64,000 nt of DNA from Lama glama. Lineage: Eukaryota. Within the stretch, counting starts at the first letter, position 1, and every line of letters starts with the position of its first letter. The notes under the pieces are model-generated. The model had not been told where the DNA came from and made no database searches. It was given only the letters and a program-made list of their open reading frames with translations. Location: the NCBI GenBank assembly GCA_028534125.1, contig CM052817.1, positions 19,718,001 to 19,782,000 on the forward strand, read 5' to 3'. Below, piece by piece: positions 48,548-62,994 of the stretch. Both the position numbers and the translations under genes were made by a program.

Positions 48548-49081
48548 TGTAGGACAGGAGGTTGATTTAATAAATATGTTGAGTTCATAAACATCAAAAG
48601 AAGCAGAGAGAAATACAACTCAGAGATAAAGAAGGAAAGCAGGAAGAGAATCACTACTCGGACGACCTGGTTTACAGGAATGCATTTCACCGCCTGCAGC
48701 GGCTCAGCAAGAAGGGCACCAAGGAGAACCGTGTCCTCCCACGAAATCAGAAAGCGCGTGAGTCCCATCCAGATGGACAAGGGAGCAAACATTCAACAGT
48801 CTGCCCTTCCCTTGAATATATTTATGATTTCTTATTTTTGGTTGATGTACAAGTAAATGACCACTGTGTTGGTTTTAAAGGTGAAGGTAGTTAATGTGCT
48901 CTCTGCCAGGGGTCTCAGTGGTTCCTGAGAAGATGTGGGGCACACCTACAATGGATATCCTGCAGAATGCAGACAGCTGAGCGGAGCCAGAAGGAGGAAA
49001 GGGGGGCAGCAGGATTACCTATAAAATGTGCAGTGGCATCTTTAAGCTCCATTTTTACTAAATGGATGCTAGCTTCCTACT
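48548..49081 (-). mobile_element. Putative unclassified solo LTR
   Basis: Inverted termini TGTAGGA / TCCTAC(T), LTR-like size, raised GC/CpG, TATA-like CATAAATATA on the minus strand. No TSD found. Confidence 0.35.
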
Positions 49082-50559
49082 GTCTTACTTGGTAACTAGC
49101 TTGTCCTTATTTCTAATGTCTTATTTAAAAAGTAATATGTAGTTTTCTTGTTAATGAGGATGACACACTATTTAGTGCACCTTAGATCTTTCCAAAGGTA
49201 TTTTCATTCACCACATAAAATATTAATTATCAGCAAAGTCAGTGTGTGTACATGAGGAAGAGGAGAGAAGAGAGAATGAGAGAGAGAGAATCAATCTTTT
49301 TTAAAAATGGGAAAAATCTATAAGATTTCTTGAGGCAGCTATTCACTATTCCCCCAAGCTCTATTTATAACTGCTATGAAATAATAATCCCCTTTTCTTG
49401 TTCACTTTTATAGGCCCGTCTACAAGCCTTAGAAATATTGTGTTTGGATGAAGAGGCAGAAATCTTAAAAACAGAAAAATCAAGATTTCAGCCTTTGAGC
49501 CTTAGCAAGGAACCTGCTGGCAGAGGCTGGTATTTTTATTTAACCCCTAACGAAAAGATTTATTATCAAATGTTTGTGAGTTTTGAACAAAATTATATGA
49601 AACTGGTCTGCCACACACATACAGATACAATTAGAATTCCAAGCCTGTTACAAGTTGTGCTTCTGAATTATTTGTCTACGAAGTCAAGCTGAATTTTTCA
49701 GATCATCTTGAGACTTAATTGGGTCCCACTTTTGACCTAAGGAAACCACTTGCCTAACTGGTAGTCTTCTTGTTAAAAAATAATGTTTCAGAAGAGCGCT
49801 GGTTGACAGTTAAAACCAGGTAACAGTAGAGAGTACAGTGCACTGAAAATGACAGAGAGACAATATATTGTTTTTGTTTACTTTCATCATCTCTTCCCTC
49901 AAATTCAGTTAACCCACATGAAATTATTAGCTTTAAAACCAATGGAAACTTGTCTTTCATAGCTTATTGGTTTAACAAGAAAAAAGAATAGCTTTACTTG
50001 AATTTGTCAGAATATAGAAACCTGTCATAACTCTTAAATTTAACTCTTTTAGATGTGTACTCCTGGCCGTAAGACAGGTTATTAACTTAAATTGGTGCTT
50101 TGAGAATCACTCGTCTCCTGCAAACAATAGATACATTTGTCTGCACTTAACATAGCCTGGCCAGAGTCTGAAAGGTCGCACCTGTAAAGTGAATATATTG
50201 GCATGACCCTTTATTTGGGTATCAGACGTAGACATTTTGAAGTTTCTACTAGGAACTAGCTCATGTGAAAAACCAAATGTTTCAACAGTATTTCAGAAAT
50301 AAGTATTTTGGAGTAGATGAAATGGTTCCCCAGTTAATATCCACCAAGTTAACTGGGAACAATCCCATGACGGCAAAGTTACCAAGCCAGGTTTCTGGGA
50401 ACAGCAGCCCGTTTATATGTGCTCCAGGTAGTTCCAGAAAATGTGAAGATCTATCAAGGACCTTCACAAATTTTTAGGACCTATAGAATCTTTGGTCCTG
50501 TGTATCTACACATTGAAAATAAAGAGCAATAAAATGTATGGTGGTGTTTAACATTCCAA

Positions 50560-50765
50560 ATTTTGGAGTTAGACATCTCTGGAATGGAACCTGGCTCTGC
50601 CTTTTAGAGGACATTTGATTTTAATCCCACTGAGCATCTTCAATTTTGTCTTCTTTAGAGTGAAGAAAACATCTATTTCATAAATTTGCTATTAGGCATA
50701 AGTAAAAAATGTGAATATGGAATGTAGCATGCTGCTTGTGGTGGTTGCTAAATAAATCATAGTGA
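50560..50765 (+). mobile_element. MIR SINE
   Basis: tttggagttagac...gaacctggctctgcc...actgagcatcttcaattttgtcttctttagagtgaag...gctaaataaatcatag. Confidence 0.7.
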
Positions 50766-51164
50766 TATAGTGATTTAGAATATACTGATTATTTATTTGG
50801 CTTCCTATGTTTAGAGGAATAAATGATATATAATATTAAAGTATGACATAATATATTATAGTTTCCTATATGTATGTTATGTATTTTTCATATAATAACT
50901 TGGTTTGAGCTCTCTTTACTTGACTCCCTCACTCATTCTTAATCTGTGAACTCCTTTAATGTATCATTTCTGTGTTGGCTTATTCTTCATGTTTGGGAGG
51001 ATTCTCTACCTCATCTCTCTTACGCTAGATTAGTGACTAATACTCTAGGCTCCCCAAATAACATGTGCTAATTTAATCTTGTTACTTTTTACATTTAATT
51101 GCAATACTGGCTTACTTTTATATAATTCAATGAAAAAAGCTCTAAGAAGGCATAAACCCCTTAT

Positions 51165-51201
51165 GTGTGTGTGGTGTGATGTGTGTGTGTGTGTGTGTGT
51201 G
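51165..51201. repeat. (TG)n microsatellite
   Basis: Visible TG run. Confidence 0.85.
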
Positions 51202-54200
51202 CACTATTCCTCCAGTTTAGCAGTGTCTGATTCAGAGAAGGATCTCAATAAAAGCCATTGTCTGAACTGAGACATGTTGGGCTATTTCACCACACCGGTA
51301 ACAATGGAATCAAAACATTTCAACTCACTAAAAATGAAGGTGAATCACATTTACTTGTGTTTCAAGGATAAAACATTTTGCATTAACCCGCTGGCCCCTG
51401 CTGATTTGTAAAAGCTTATATCTTTTCAAACTGTTAAAACAGACAAGAATGAATAATAATGATGCTGTCAGCAAAATAGCTGTGAAACAAATACTCAGAA
51501 CAAATTTTCTTTAGTTTTCAATTACTTCTCCTTTTATAATAAAGGGTTAAAATAGGTAAGTCACAGTTTAAGAGGAAGGTTAAGTTTTTAAGAGAAATTT
51601 TATTTTAAAAGAAAAGAAACCCATAGTATATACACCTTAACTTACAAAATGTTACATGTCACATGTACCTCAATAAAGCTGGAGAGAAAAATGAACACAT
51701 AACAAATTCTATATACTCCAGGAAAATATTTTAGTATGTTATATAAATAAATATTAAACAGAGGCGGCTTCTTACATTACAAAATATTCTCATGAATTCT
51801 TCCGCAGGTAATTGAAAAATAATATTATGCGTCTGAAAATGCTCAGAATCATGGAAAAGTAGTAGACCCCCTCCCATATCTATCCACCCAATGAGACAGA
51901 AACTTTTCAGACAATTTGAGAAAAGGCTTTGCTTATTTATTTTTATATTTAAAAGCTGTCATCAGATGGATATCTACTAGACAGCTGGTTTTGCTTCAAA
52001 TCATAAATCTGTCATGACCAGCTTTATCATTTGCTGTCTGACACTTTCCAGTACTAATAATCTCGGTGAAGAATAAGAAGCTGGAGTGGAGAACTCTCTG
52101 TGAATCCCCTCTGTAGTACATTTGTCAGTTTCATGTTTTTAACTCCCGTCTGCTAGTGTGGGGACATTTCTAATTCATTCTCATTTGAGAGTCTTCATTT
52201 TATCTACTTTTCAGAGTGCAGTGTTATCTGATGTTATTTCATGCTGAGATGAAACACTGACTGTATCAGTGCGGATAACTGCTGAGAAGAAAGAACAAAA
52301 GAATTGCATATATCTAACAGTCCAGAATTTTCACTGGGGTTGTGCTGAGCTAGAAGATTTACTTATATCCCAAAAGGATTGTTTCATAATATAGCAGTTT
52401 CTATAAACTTTGAGACTTGCAAAGGAAGTAAGAACTCAACCACAAGTTTCACATGTGGGTGAAATTTTCAAAGTGATCTTATTTTTGTCACTTTCTTTTT
52501 ATTTCCCATAAGAAGACAGTTTTGCATATGCAACGAAATTGTCCTTGGGAACTTTGATGTAAAGAATAAAACTTAAGGGCTTAATCTCTGAAAATAGGCA
52601 AAAACTTTATATTTATTGATTTGATTACCTTGCAAATGTGCTCAGAAAAGTGCAGTTTGGAGTAAACATTTCAAAAAACCACGGAACAATGAAAATAATT
52701 GATAAGACTATGTAATCCACAGTTTTAAAAAAATTAACTACAGTTTAGCTTTTTTTCTTAGAGCATAGTTAAGTTCCCATGCCTAACACACATTGTAAAA
52801 CAAGTTTCATTTTAGATGAACAGAATATGAGAATATTAAAAAATTTAAACAATCTGAACATATCTTGAAAATCTTTAAAGATCATGTGATAAAACTCCTA
52901 GCAGATTTTAGCTTTACCCTATGTGAGACTATCGGCAATCGTTTTCAAACATGATACATTGTTACACCAGTTTGGGGGTAAATTAGAAAATATTTATAAA
53001 ACTCTTCACATCAGTCTTGAAGCATACTGTAATACAGCAGTTGATGAAAAACAAAAGTCAGTGTAGTAGTTAGTGATGGTAGTAGTAATAATAATAATTG
53101 TGGTAATTTCCTTTTTTGAAAAGCTAGTTTAAAAGATACTAATAATATTTGACATCAGCTATTATCAGAGTCACTAATGAATAGATTAGATTTGTAGTTT
53201 CCATGCCATTATTCATGTTTGTATGCAAATTATGTTATTATAATTATAGGCCATTGCTTATAAAGACAAAGCTATTTATGTGTTAGGTTAATGTTTAATT
53301 GGCATGCATAGAATTATAATCAAATACAAAATAAGTGTGCTTCATCTTAATTACATTCATATTTGTAAGGACTTTCTCTTCTTTTCCTCTCTCAGAGAAA
53401 AGAGAAAATTTTCATAAAAACCTTCATAGTAAGAAACACCATATGGTTCATTATTCAATCCATTAGCAGAAGTTAAAGAGAACAGGTTGTTCATTTGTAA
53501 TGCAGTGATCCTCACTTTACCTTCCATTACAGTGAAATTCTGACCTCAGATTTTCAGGTTTGATTCCAAATCTTTGATCCTGGTTATCAATTTGTTAACC
53601 CACAACAATACATTTGTTGCACTTCTAGGTTTGATTGTTTATATAAGAAAGATAACACTCTTGGTTGTCAAAATAATCACTGAGTATTCAACAGTAGACA
53701 TGTTTATATTTTACTATATGATAAGTGAGAAGATAGAGAAGATAGTATAGTTCAAGGTTACTTTTAACCTTAATATATTCATCTATCTTGGAAGACAATA
53801 ACACATCAAAAACCATGCTGTGGCTGATATACCATAGAAATCCTCATAAAGCAGGTGACTGGATGGGGGAAAATCTGAAGAAAAGTTAAAATACTTTATC
53901 AAAATTATTGTATACCAGTACTCAGGTGATTACAGGAATACGTGAAACATTGCAGGGCATAGAAAAGTATAAATTACTTGAACTATAGCTATAAATAGAA
54001 TAGTATAAAGATCACAGCATAAGTGAAAAGAGAGTCCGCTGATAAACCATTCAGCAGAAGGGAAAGGATGAGTGCAGTTAGGACATGGCACAAGCTTGTT
54101 TCCCTGCTCTAAGAGTTATAAATTTAACTGCGTAGAGATGTGGGACAGATTCCTTAAACAGAATTCAGTGGACTGAATGGCATCTGATATTCGGTCTCAG

Positions 54201-54399
54201 TATCCAGTATCAACAGAGAATGCTGAAATGTAGTGACCTGGAGGGCAAGGTTCCTGTCCAAAGGCACAGACACTGATTCACATCTGATAATTATGATAAT
54301 CTAGTATTGTCATGTTTTTCACAAAGAGAAGTCCAAATAGCTATGTGAACTCTATCCTTTTTTTTTCATTAAAAAAAGCAAAATTTAACTTTTGGTGTA

Positions 54400-55916
54400 A
54401 TTTTTTTTAGTATATTACAGTTTGTTTTTAAGCAGCATAGATAGTTTCACAACAAAATTGAGCAGATGATACATAAATTTCCCATGTATATCCCCTGCCC
54501 CCGCACAGTACAGCTCCCTCCGTTATCAGTATCCCCCACATTTGTTACATTTGATGAGCCTACACAGACACATCATTATTAGCCAGAGTCTACAGTTTAC
54601 ATTAGCTTTCATTTTTGGTATTGTGTACTCTGTGGGTAAGGACAAATGTGTAATGACATGTATCCATTATTATCAGTATCATACAGAACATTTTCATTGC
54701 CCTAAAAATCTTCAGTATTCTGCCTCATCATCTCTCCTTCTCAGTTAACTCCAGCAACCACTGCTCTTTTTATTTTCTCCAAAGTTTTGTCTTTTCAAGT
54801 ATGCCAGTCATATAGTTAGAATCATACAGTATGTAGCCTGTTAGCTTGGAATCTTTCATTTAGTGACATACATTAAAGTTTCCTCCATGTTTTTTCATGC
54901 TTTGATAGCTCATTTCTTTTAGCACTGAATAATATTTCATTATCAGCTTGTACCACAATTTGTTTTTCCATTCATCTACTGAAGGACATGTTGGTTGCCT
55001 CCAAGTTTTGGAAATTATAAATAAAGCTGCTGTAAACATCAGTGTGCAGGTAGACACAAAAGTAGACACAAATTTTCATCTCCTTTAATATATCTTCACC
55101 ATCATTTGATGTTGTCAGCATTTTGGATTTTGTTCTTTCTAATGAACGTGTAGTGATATCTCTTCATTGTTTTAATTTGAGATGTCTTAATGACATATGA
55201 GGCTAAATACTATTTCATATGCTTATTTTCCATCTGTATATCTTCCTTGCTGAGATGAATGTTCAAGTCTTTTGCCCATTTTTAATTGAATTGTTTGTTT
55301 TCTTATTATTCAATTTGAAGAGTCCATTGTATATTTTGAATAACTGTCCTTTACCAAATACCTCTTTTGCAAATATATTCTCCCAGTTTGTGGCTTGTCT
55401 TCTAATTCTCCTGTCATTGTATGTCACAGGACAGGTTTTTAATTTTAATGAAGTCCAGCTTACCAATTTTTTTCTATCATGTTTCATGCCTTTGGTGATG
55501 TATTTAGTCATAACCGTATCCAAGGGCGGTTAGATTTTCTCCTATACTATCTTTCAGGAGATTTATAGATTTGAGTTTTATACTAGGTCTATAATTCATT
55601 TTACTTAATTATTATGAAGAGTGTCATGTCTCTGCCTATATTTTTTTCTGCACGTGGATGTCCAGTTGTTTTACCACCATCTGTTGAAAGACTGTATTTG
55701 CTCCATTTAATTGTCATTGCTCCTTTCTCAAAAATAAGCTGATTATTTATATGGATCTATTCTGGTCTGTTTATTCAGTTCTTTTGATGTATTTCTCTAT
55801 TCTTTTGAAAATACCATGCTACCTGATTCCTGTAGCTTTATAGTAAGTCTTGGAGTCACATAGTATCAGTCCTTTAACTTGGTTCTTCTTGTTCAATATT
55901 ATGTTGACTATTCTGC
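54400..55916 (-). mobile_element. L1MC1/2-like LINE-1 (ORF2 3' part plus 3'UTR)
   Basis: ttcacaacaaaattgagcaga...tttgttacatttgatgagcctaca...ggacaaatgtgtaatgacatgtatcc. ORF2p-like peptides RRQATNWENIFAK and MFTAALFIISKTWRQPTCPSVDEW. Confidence 0.9.
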
Positions 55917-56529
55917 TTTTATTTTTTACTTTTTGCCAAATCAATCCATTTTTAAATATTAAAAAAGTAGTTACTTTATTTTTTAATACTGTGTGTGCCA
56001 ATACTATACAGGTCAAATTCAACATCTTTACAAACTACTTTTAGACCACAGATGGTGAATGTGTAAAGCCCGCCCAGTGTAGCAATACAGCATTTTGAAA
56101 AGATTTCTAGAGAACTTCTGTTTAGTATTATGGAAGGAAAATGAGAAGAAAATTTGGGTTCTCTTCAAAACTGCTGTTCAGAAGGACTAGAGCAGAGCTG
56201 ACCATCTGAGAGCTGTCCCAGCAGACCAGATGTCACGATGAGAGCCTGTGTTTACTCAGAGCAGAAGCAGGGACTGTGCCTACCTAGACTCACAGTAAAC
56301 TGACCACCAAGGAAACTGTACCCAAGAGAAGCAGATACCAAGAGGGGCTCTTGGTTGCTTAGAACGGGAATAACTGCTGGAGCCACACAAGGAAGTATCA
56401 TTGAAAGATGGAAATTTGACAGAAAGGCTCTTTCTGTATCATTATAATACGGCCTTCTCATTTTCATATTCTGGGTGGAAACAATAATTCCTTGACTTAA
56501 TCATACCTCTACTTGATTCAGGTCCGTTG

Positions 56530-56875
56530 AAAAATTTATGCCTGTCATTCAGAATGCTTCCTCTGACCTTATACTAAAAAAATTCAAGCACTATTTCCTT
56601 AAATAAGCCTTGCTGATCCCCAAGATTATACCAAAATTTTATAGCATAGACTCTCATGGTACCTTTTAGTTCCACTCCATACACTTATCCTCAACCAAAC
56701 TGCTAATCTTATATCTATGTGTTCAGTTTTATATCATCTAGCAGAATATAAGCTTCTATAGTGGCTGGAGCCACAAGTTTTATTCCTCAGTGTATTTTTT
56801 GAACCTAACACAGTCTTTTGCATAAAGTCAGAATGAGGTAATATTTGTTGACTGAATGAATAAATGTAAATGGAT
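56530..56875 (+). mobile_element. LINE-2 3' end
   Basis: agaatataagcttc...acctaacacagtc...aatatttgttgactgaatgaataaatg. Confidence 0.7.
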
Positions 56876-59388
56876 ATATGGTTGGCCTTTGTGGGTATAC
56901 TATTTTCTGAAAAGACAGTAAGGAAACATTATTTCATTTAAATACTTGGAAATAAAAATTAAAAAATAAACCCACAGGTGTACTAAAAAAACTGTAGATG
57001 ACTATAACCTGGGCAAAAGAAGTCCTGCAGTTTTGAACCATCATAGCCTAACTTGGAAATAATTGCCAAATGCAAACAAATCATCAGGAAACGAAAACTA
57101 TACTGTTCACCTTGTTGTGAGTTAAAGGTTAGTTCCTTTTTCGTACATGTATAACTATGTTCACATTAATTCAAGACATACCCACTGAAAGCTTTCTTTG
57201 TTTTATGGAATTAGTCACTCATTTTAAGTGGGCAAGTTCAGAATCGTGACATGATTTTCCTTACAATTTGTAAAAGCCTTAGATTATTATGTTGGGATTT
57301 TATTTTCTTGAAATTTCTAATAATAAAACAAAATTGCAGTTTCACAGCTGTGATGGTTCCTTCGTTTCCATAGAAGAGTTGTTTTTTTTTTTTTTTTAAA
57401 TAAAGCAAGGACTGAGAATCCATCCATATTCAAACGCTCCCCTTGCATGATGGCTCAATTATTGTTGTTGGTACTAATCATCTCAGTACTTGGCAAGCCT
57501 CATTCATACTGCAGGAAAGCAAACTTTCCCAGAAATCAAAACACCAAATGTTCTGAACAAAATAATTGGAGGATAAGAGTCCCCTTAGAATCTGAAATTT
57601 TCACTTGACAGAACCTTGACAAATGTGAGTGGGTGTTTGATCAAAAGGATATTTGTCATAGAGCATAGCTCACGATTTCCAACACAGCAAAGGAAATATT
57701 TGATTCCTATGGTGCAGCTGGAGCTTAAATCCAGGCAGACCATTCCAAGTCTGTGATCAGACTGATCTCTAATTCAGAAGTCAATGGCTTGAAGATTCAG
57801 TTCCTGGGCTTTGCACAGATACGAAGGGAATGGCTTACTTTCCTACTGAACACTCACAGGTTCTAAGAGCCGAGACAAAGTGCCTGAATGAAAGAAAGAT
57901 GCAGTATTCCTTTTTGCGTGTTTATAAATATAAATGTTATCATCAGAGACATAATGTTTATGTTTATATACATTCACCTTTTGAAAATGATTTAAAAAGA
58001 GAGAGAATGTGAATTTATAATTTACTTTTTCTTTACAAAAAAGTTTTGAAACAATTTTAGATCAACTGGCACATTTTGGAAAATGTCATTTATGAAATGT
58101 GAGTTAGAACACACTTTGGGGAATGTTTAAAGTCACTTATATCTTCTACTAAAAATCCATCTGGCTACCAGAGTAACACTCCTTTGTCTAACCTGTTTTT
58201 CTCCCCATAAGTATTTATTCATTAGAGAAATCAGAAGCTATATAAAGAGTATAAAAAGAAGAAAACCCTATTCTTGAAAAAAAAGGGCATGTGTACATAT
58301 GTAATACTACATATTCAGATTTTTTTTGAAAAACAATATAATAGGTTTTAATTTATATTATACATAATATATTTTGCTATCTCTCTCTCTCTATATATAT
58401 ATATAAATTATTTGGGAAAAACAAAAGATGCTATCATTTTTGAGTCCTTACTAAATATTGGACATATCATAAAGGTTTATTTAAAGAAACCCTATTTTAC
58501 AACTGAACATATTTTAAAGTACATAGTGGTCCATTACTGTACACAGTGAGATAACGAAAGAGCCTGGATTTTAATACAGAATATCTGACTCCTGAATGCA
58601 TTTTCTCAATTGCTATGTATAAGAGGTCATTAACTTTATCGGATATGTGTTTTTTCCTTCAATAACATTATTTTCATGTAACTTTTATTCCCATTGGCAT
58701 GCTATTGCTTTTCACTGACTGGTACATCATACTATGCATCTCAAATCGATGTTTCAGGATTGTTTTGATGTTTTACCCTAAGGGGTTATTCCTATGTATA
58801 ATCAACCCACTTCAGATCAGTCAGAGTGTTGATTGTCATACATAGAACCAAGTTCATTGCTTTACTTTTGTGATCCCCTGTGCCTGGAATGCAATCTCCT
58901 TCACCTTGGAGTCCACTTCTCACTCAGTCTCCATCATCATGTAACCTAAAGCCACACTTCTTTCCTAAAGCACTCCTTATAACCTAATCCTCCAGCAACT
59001 TCCGTCTCCTTTAAAACTGTACATGTCATCTGCCCAGAGACTGGAATGTGGCACATTATACTTCCTATAGACTTACTGCTTTCTTTCTATAACTTTTTAT
59101 GTGCCCAAACATGTACATCACTGTGCTAGAAATTGGAATGTGAAGATGAACAAAATTCATTTCTTCTCTTGACTTGTTCACAGATTGATAACTGTATTTT
59201 TTTTTTGTCACTACACTGGAGACTATGACTGCTACGTTATATTGAGTATTAAGATTTACAAATTATCTGAATAGCCCATTCTGTAAATTTTAATTTGCTA
59301 GTTACCATTGTTATCAAACCCACTATTCAAAAAAACATGGCTACATCTCACAATTAGATTAAAGAGAAACCCAGTATCTTTATACTCT

Positions 59389-59863
59389 TGTGAAGCAGAA
59401 CCCTGTGGACCAATACCAAAGGACTGCACCTACATGGAGGGTAGCAAAGATCATCACAATGCCAGCAAGAAGGGACAGAGCAAGGTCAGCTCTGAAGGTG
59501 TGCATTGGTCCCCACCACTAGCAACACCGCCCACACACTATCCCTGCCCCCCTCACGCTGATGCAGGGCAACTGGCCTACATGCATCCTTTAGTGATGCA
59601 GTAGGAGGACGTCTTTCCCTGGTCCATCAAGTCTGAAACACTGAAAGTCGCGGCTTGCCTGAGAGCCAATGTGGCACATGAGTAAGCAGAATAAAGGGAC
59701 ACTCACTGAGCACAGAACAGGGGGAGATATCCCCACACAAGTTGCTAAGCCTGGCGCAGGCCATGTGGGCACTTTACCTCAGTAAGGAATTGTTTCAGGC
59801 CCAATATCCATGCTTAAGGGACTGAGCAAGGGTAAAAAGGCTACATGCATGCTTTCTCCAACA
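59389..59863 (-). mobile_element. ERVL solo LTR (MER70-like)
   Basis: TG...CA termini. taagcagaataaaggga...gatatccccacacaag...gtaaggaattgtttcaggccca...ctttctccaaca resembles antisense MER70. Confidence 0.7.
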
Positions 59864-60534
59864 CTTGTACTATATGAGAAAACATATTAACAAATACAGA
59901 CGAATTAACCCCAGTGGAAAGGGTAAGTGATTCATTTACATTGTGTATGGACAGGCTGGTCAGCCTTTCCCTCATGTCTACTGTACACTATTAGGGATTC
60001 CTGTCATGTTCAACTGGGATTCTCACCTTTAAAATGAAAAAAAAAAAGACACAAAAGATAAACTGGATTTTGGCAGCATACAGCAGAAGTTTTTATTGAT
60101 GTTCATGAGTTTAAGAAAATCACTTACAATAAATATCCTGTTCAATAGGTTCTGGGAAATTTTGAAAGAAATAGTGGCCACTAATCACATATTTGTATGT
60201 AAATGACAATCCAACCTCAATTATGCTTTACTGTTTGTCCAAATTTTCCCTCAGTGTATCAGTTTTTTTTTCCATTATCAGAAATCTGTCTTCTTCCAAC
60301 ACTGTAAGATCTTTGAGACAATGAACAAATATATTTTACTTAGGCATACTTCATCACATGCCTAATACATTGCCATGTTGGAGAAGGAGCAGACAATAAA
60401 AGTGGGTGATTAATGAAATAGTTTCAGATGTAGGTGAAGATAATTTGTCAACATTACATTCTGTTTCTATACAATCCTTTCACCTCACACTCTATCAATG
60501 CAATATATTTAAAATTAGCATTTACCACAGAGGG

Positions 60535-61123
60535 TGTATTACATTTCTATTGGTGTATGAAGAATACAGCAAACTTAGAGCTAACGACTCCACACTATTT
60601 CACAATTTCTGTGGGTGAGAATCCTGGGATGACTTTGCTGAATCTTCTGCTCTGGATCTCACAGGCTGCAATTAAGATGTCAGGCAGGTGGCATGGTCAT
60701 CTGGATGCTTGACTGGGGAAGAAGGTGCTTCCAAGCTCAGCCATGCTGTTGGCAGCATCTGTCTCCTCGTGGCTGTGGGACTGAGCACCTGGTTTTCTTG
60801 ATAGCTGCTAGTTGAAGGTCACTCTCAACCTCTAGAGGCCACCTGTGGCTTCTTACCACATGGTCTTCTCACAGGATGGGAGCTTATTTCTTCATGGCCA
60901 AGAAGAGAATCTCTCTCTTAAAATGGTTGCAACTGTAATATAATCTGACCTTGGGAGTGAAGTCCTAACACTTTTGAAATATGACATACCTAAACAAAGG
61001 AGTACCATCTTATCACTATTTCCATTTTTTATTGATCAGAAGCAAATCACAGGTCTTTCTCATACTCAAAGGGAAAGGATTGTACATGAGCGTATCTACC
61101 ATAATTGATGTTCTTTTGTCACA
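60535..61123 (-). mobile_element. MaLR solo LTR (MLT1E-like)
   Basis: TGTATT...CACA termini, near-TSD GAGGG/GAGGA, ttgactggggaagaaggtgcttccaagctca...ctagaggccacc. Confidence 0.85.
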
Positions 61124-61185
61124 GAGGAAATATTAAGAAACATTTGCCTATGAAGATTATTACTCTTCTTAGTGAATTTATAGTC

Positions 61186-61292
61186 TAATGTATTTAAATA
61201 TGTATGTGTGTGTGTGTATATATATATATATATTTAAATACATTAAACATGTATGTGTGTGTATATATATATACACACACACATACACACAC
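61186..61292. repeat. Compound (TG)n(TA)n(CA)n microsatellite with inverted repeats
   Basis: Visible alternating purine-pyrimidine tracts. Confidence 0.85.
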
Positions 61293-62577
61293 AAATAGAT
61301 ATAATCTCAAAGTGGACATAGGTCCTCTTAACCAGCAGAGAAAAAGACTGTTAATTAATGAGAGTTTTACAAAGCCAAGTGTCTGTTTTTTCCCTGATAT
61401 TGACCTTTTAAAATGAAGGCTTTTAATTGACAAATCTTAAATAGATCAGCCAAATAGTGATAGTCTTTTTCAAGACTGTATTTTAACCCACTCTCACTTA
61501 CACATTCTATTTATGCACATCTTAATTAGCCAGGAGATGAGTGGCCAGAAAAATACAGAGTTTTAAGGTTTTAGAACACAGAATATTAGTGTGTCTGACT
61601 GAGAAATCTGTTTTTCATGAGAGATTGTCTGCTCACCAAATAAATTCCTTACCATCTATCTATCACAGGCTTCAATTTTCCAACAGAATAGCCTGATTCA
61701 TCACTGTTATGCCAACGACACTCTGCTCTATCTGTTGGTGCCTACTGATTCCCCTGGGGGAAACGTTAATCTTTCAGGCTTCTGTGGAAGGTATTAGGTT
61801 TGATATCACAGAATTTCTCGCACCTAGGAAATACTAGAAGAGAGGATATGCATTGACTTTGACTATTCATACAGGAATTTTAGACACTGAAAGTGGGAAA
61901 AAATCTCAGAGAATTTATATTAAAAAAAAAAACAAACCTTCAGTGTGTCCATGATGAAGGTGAGACCCAGAGAAGAAAACATGATATGGCTTTGACCACC
62001 AATCCAATTAGGTAAAAGATTCAAACTCTAGTTTTCTAATTGTAAACCCTGTATTAAATAGTCTATATATACCTTCTACCCCAGGCCACAAGACAAATTA
62101 TAGCCTCAATGTGATAATGCTAGAAAGACTCAGTTACATGATGCTGACAGCCATTTTTTCTTTCCCTTTATATTTTGATCACTCTACCACTCTTAACACC
62201 TTCTGGATCTCTGTACCTCTTTTGGTCCTCTCCTCCTACTCTTGGTATTTATTCTTCTAATTACTGTATTTTATCAGTTGTTGTCAAACGAAGTTTTACT
62301 CAAAGAGAGACCACTTCAGTTTCTACCATTGCCTCTGTCCTATTTTCACTACACATGTGCCTTTTCTCACCCATACATACTTATATTCCATTAGCCACTA
62401 TTGTCTACTGCTAGACTCTGATTTCTGGTTCTCTGGCTTCTAAAACCAGCCTCCTAAGTTCTGGGGGTGAAAATCACATTCATTGTCCTGCCATCTGACC
62501 CTTGGAGATGTCATCTATGATGGGGTAGAGTTTTGGGAAAGGTGAAATGGGAACAATTTGGAATTACACCATTTATG

Positions 62578-62990
62578 TTTTCATTCATTCACTTGGGCCT
62601 GGGTCTCAGTGGTTTATGAGAAGGCAATATAGCAGGAAAAATTCAGAAAATCTTTTGTCCTCACAAAATTTATATTCTAATAAGGGAGGTAAATGATCAA
62701 CAAATAAAAATAAATAGCTACATAATGCAATATTATGTACAGAGACTGCATGAAAAAAAGTAAAGCAGGGACAGGAAATACAGAGTAATGTAGTTGACGG
62801 GATGTTTTAGGTTATTGTGTTCATGGAGAGTTTGCTAAGGAATAAGTTTTGGGCAGAGATCTGAATGAAGAGATTATTCTAATAACTCTGGAAGGAGCAC
62901 TTTTGGAGTGAGAGCAGCCATGAGAAGATCACAATAGGGAGTAAAATGTTTCATTTGTGGAAAAAATAACTAAGGCCAGATTGACAGGAT
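62578..62990 (-). mobile_element. LINE-2 3' region
   Basis: tcattcattcac...tgtcctcacaaaatttatattcta...aaagcaggga...gggcagagatctgaatgaag. Confidence 0.75.
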
Positions 62991-62994
62991 GCAC

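Noticed and set aside
50325..50360. Hairpin CCCAGTTAA...TTAACTGGG
   Set aside because: Stem too short for a pre-miRNA and expected by chance in 64 kb.
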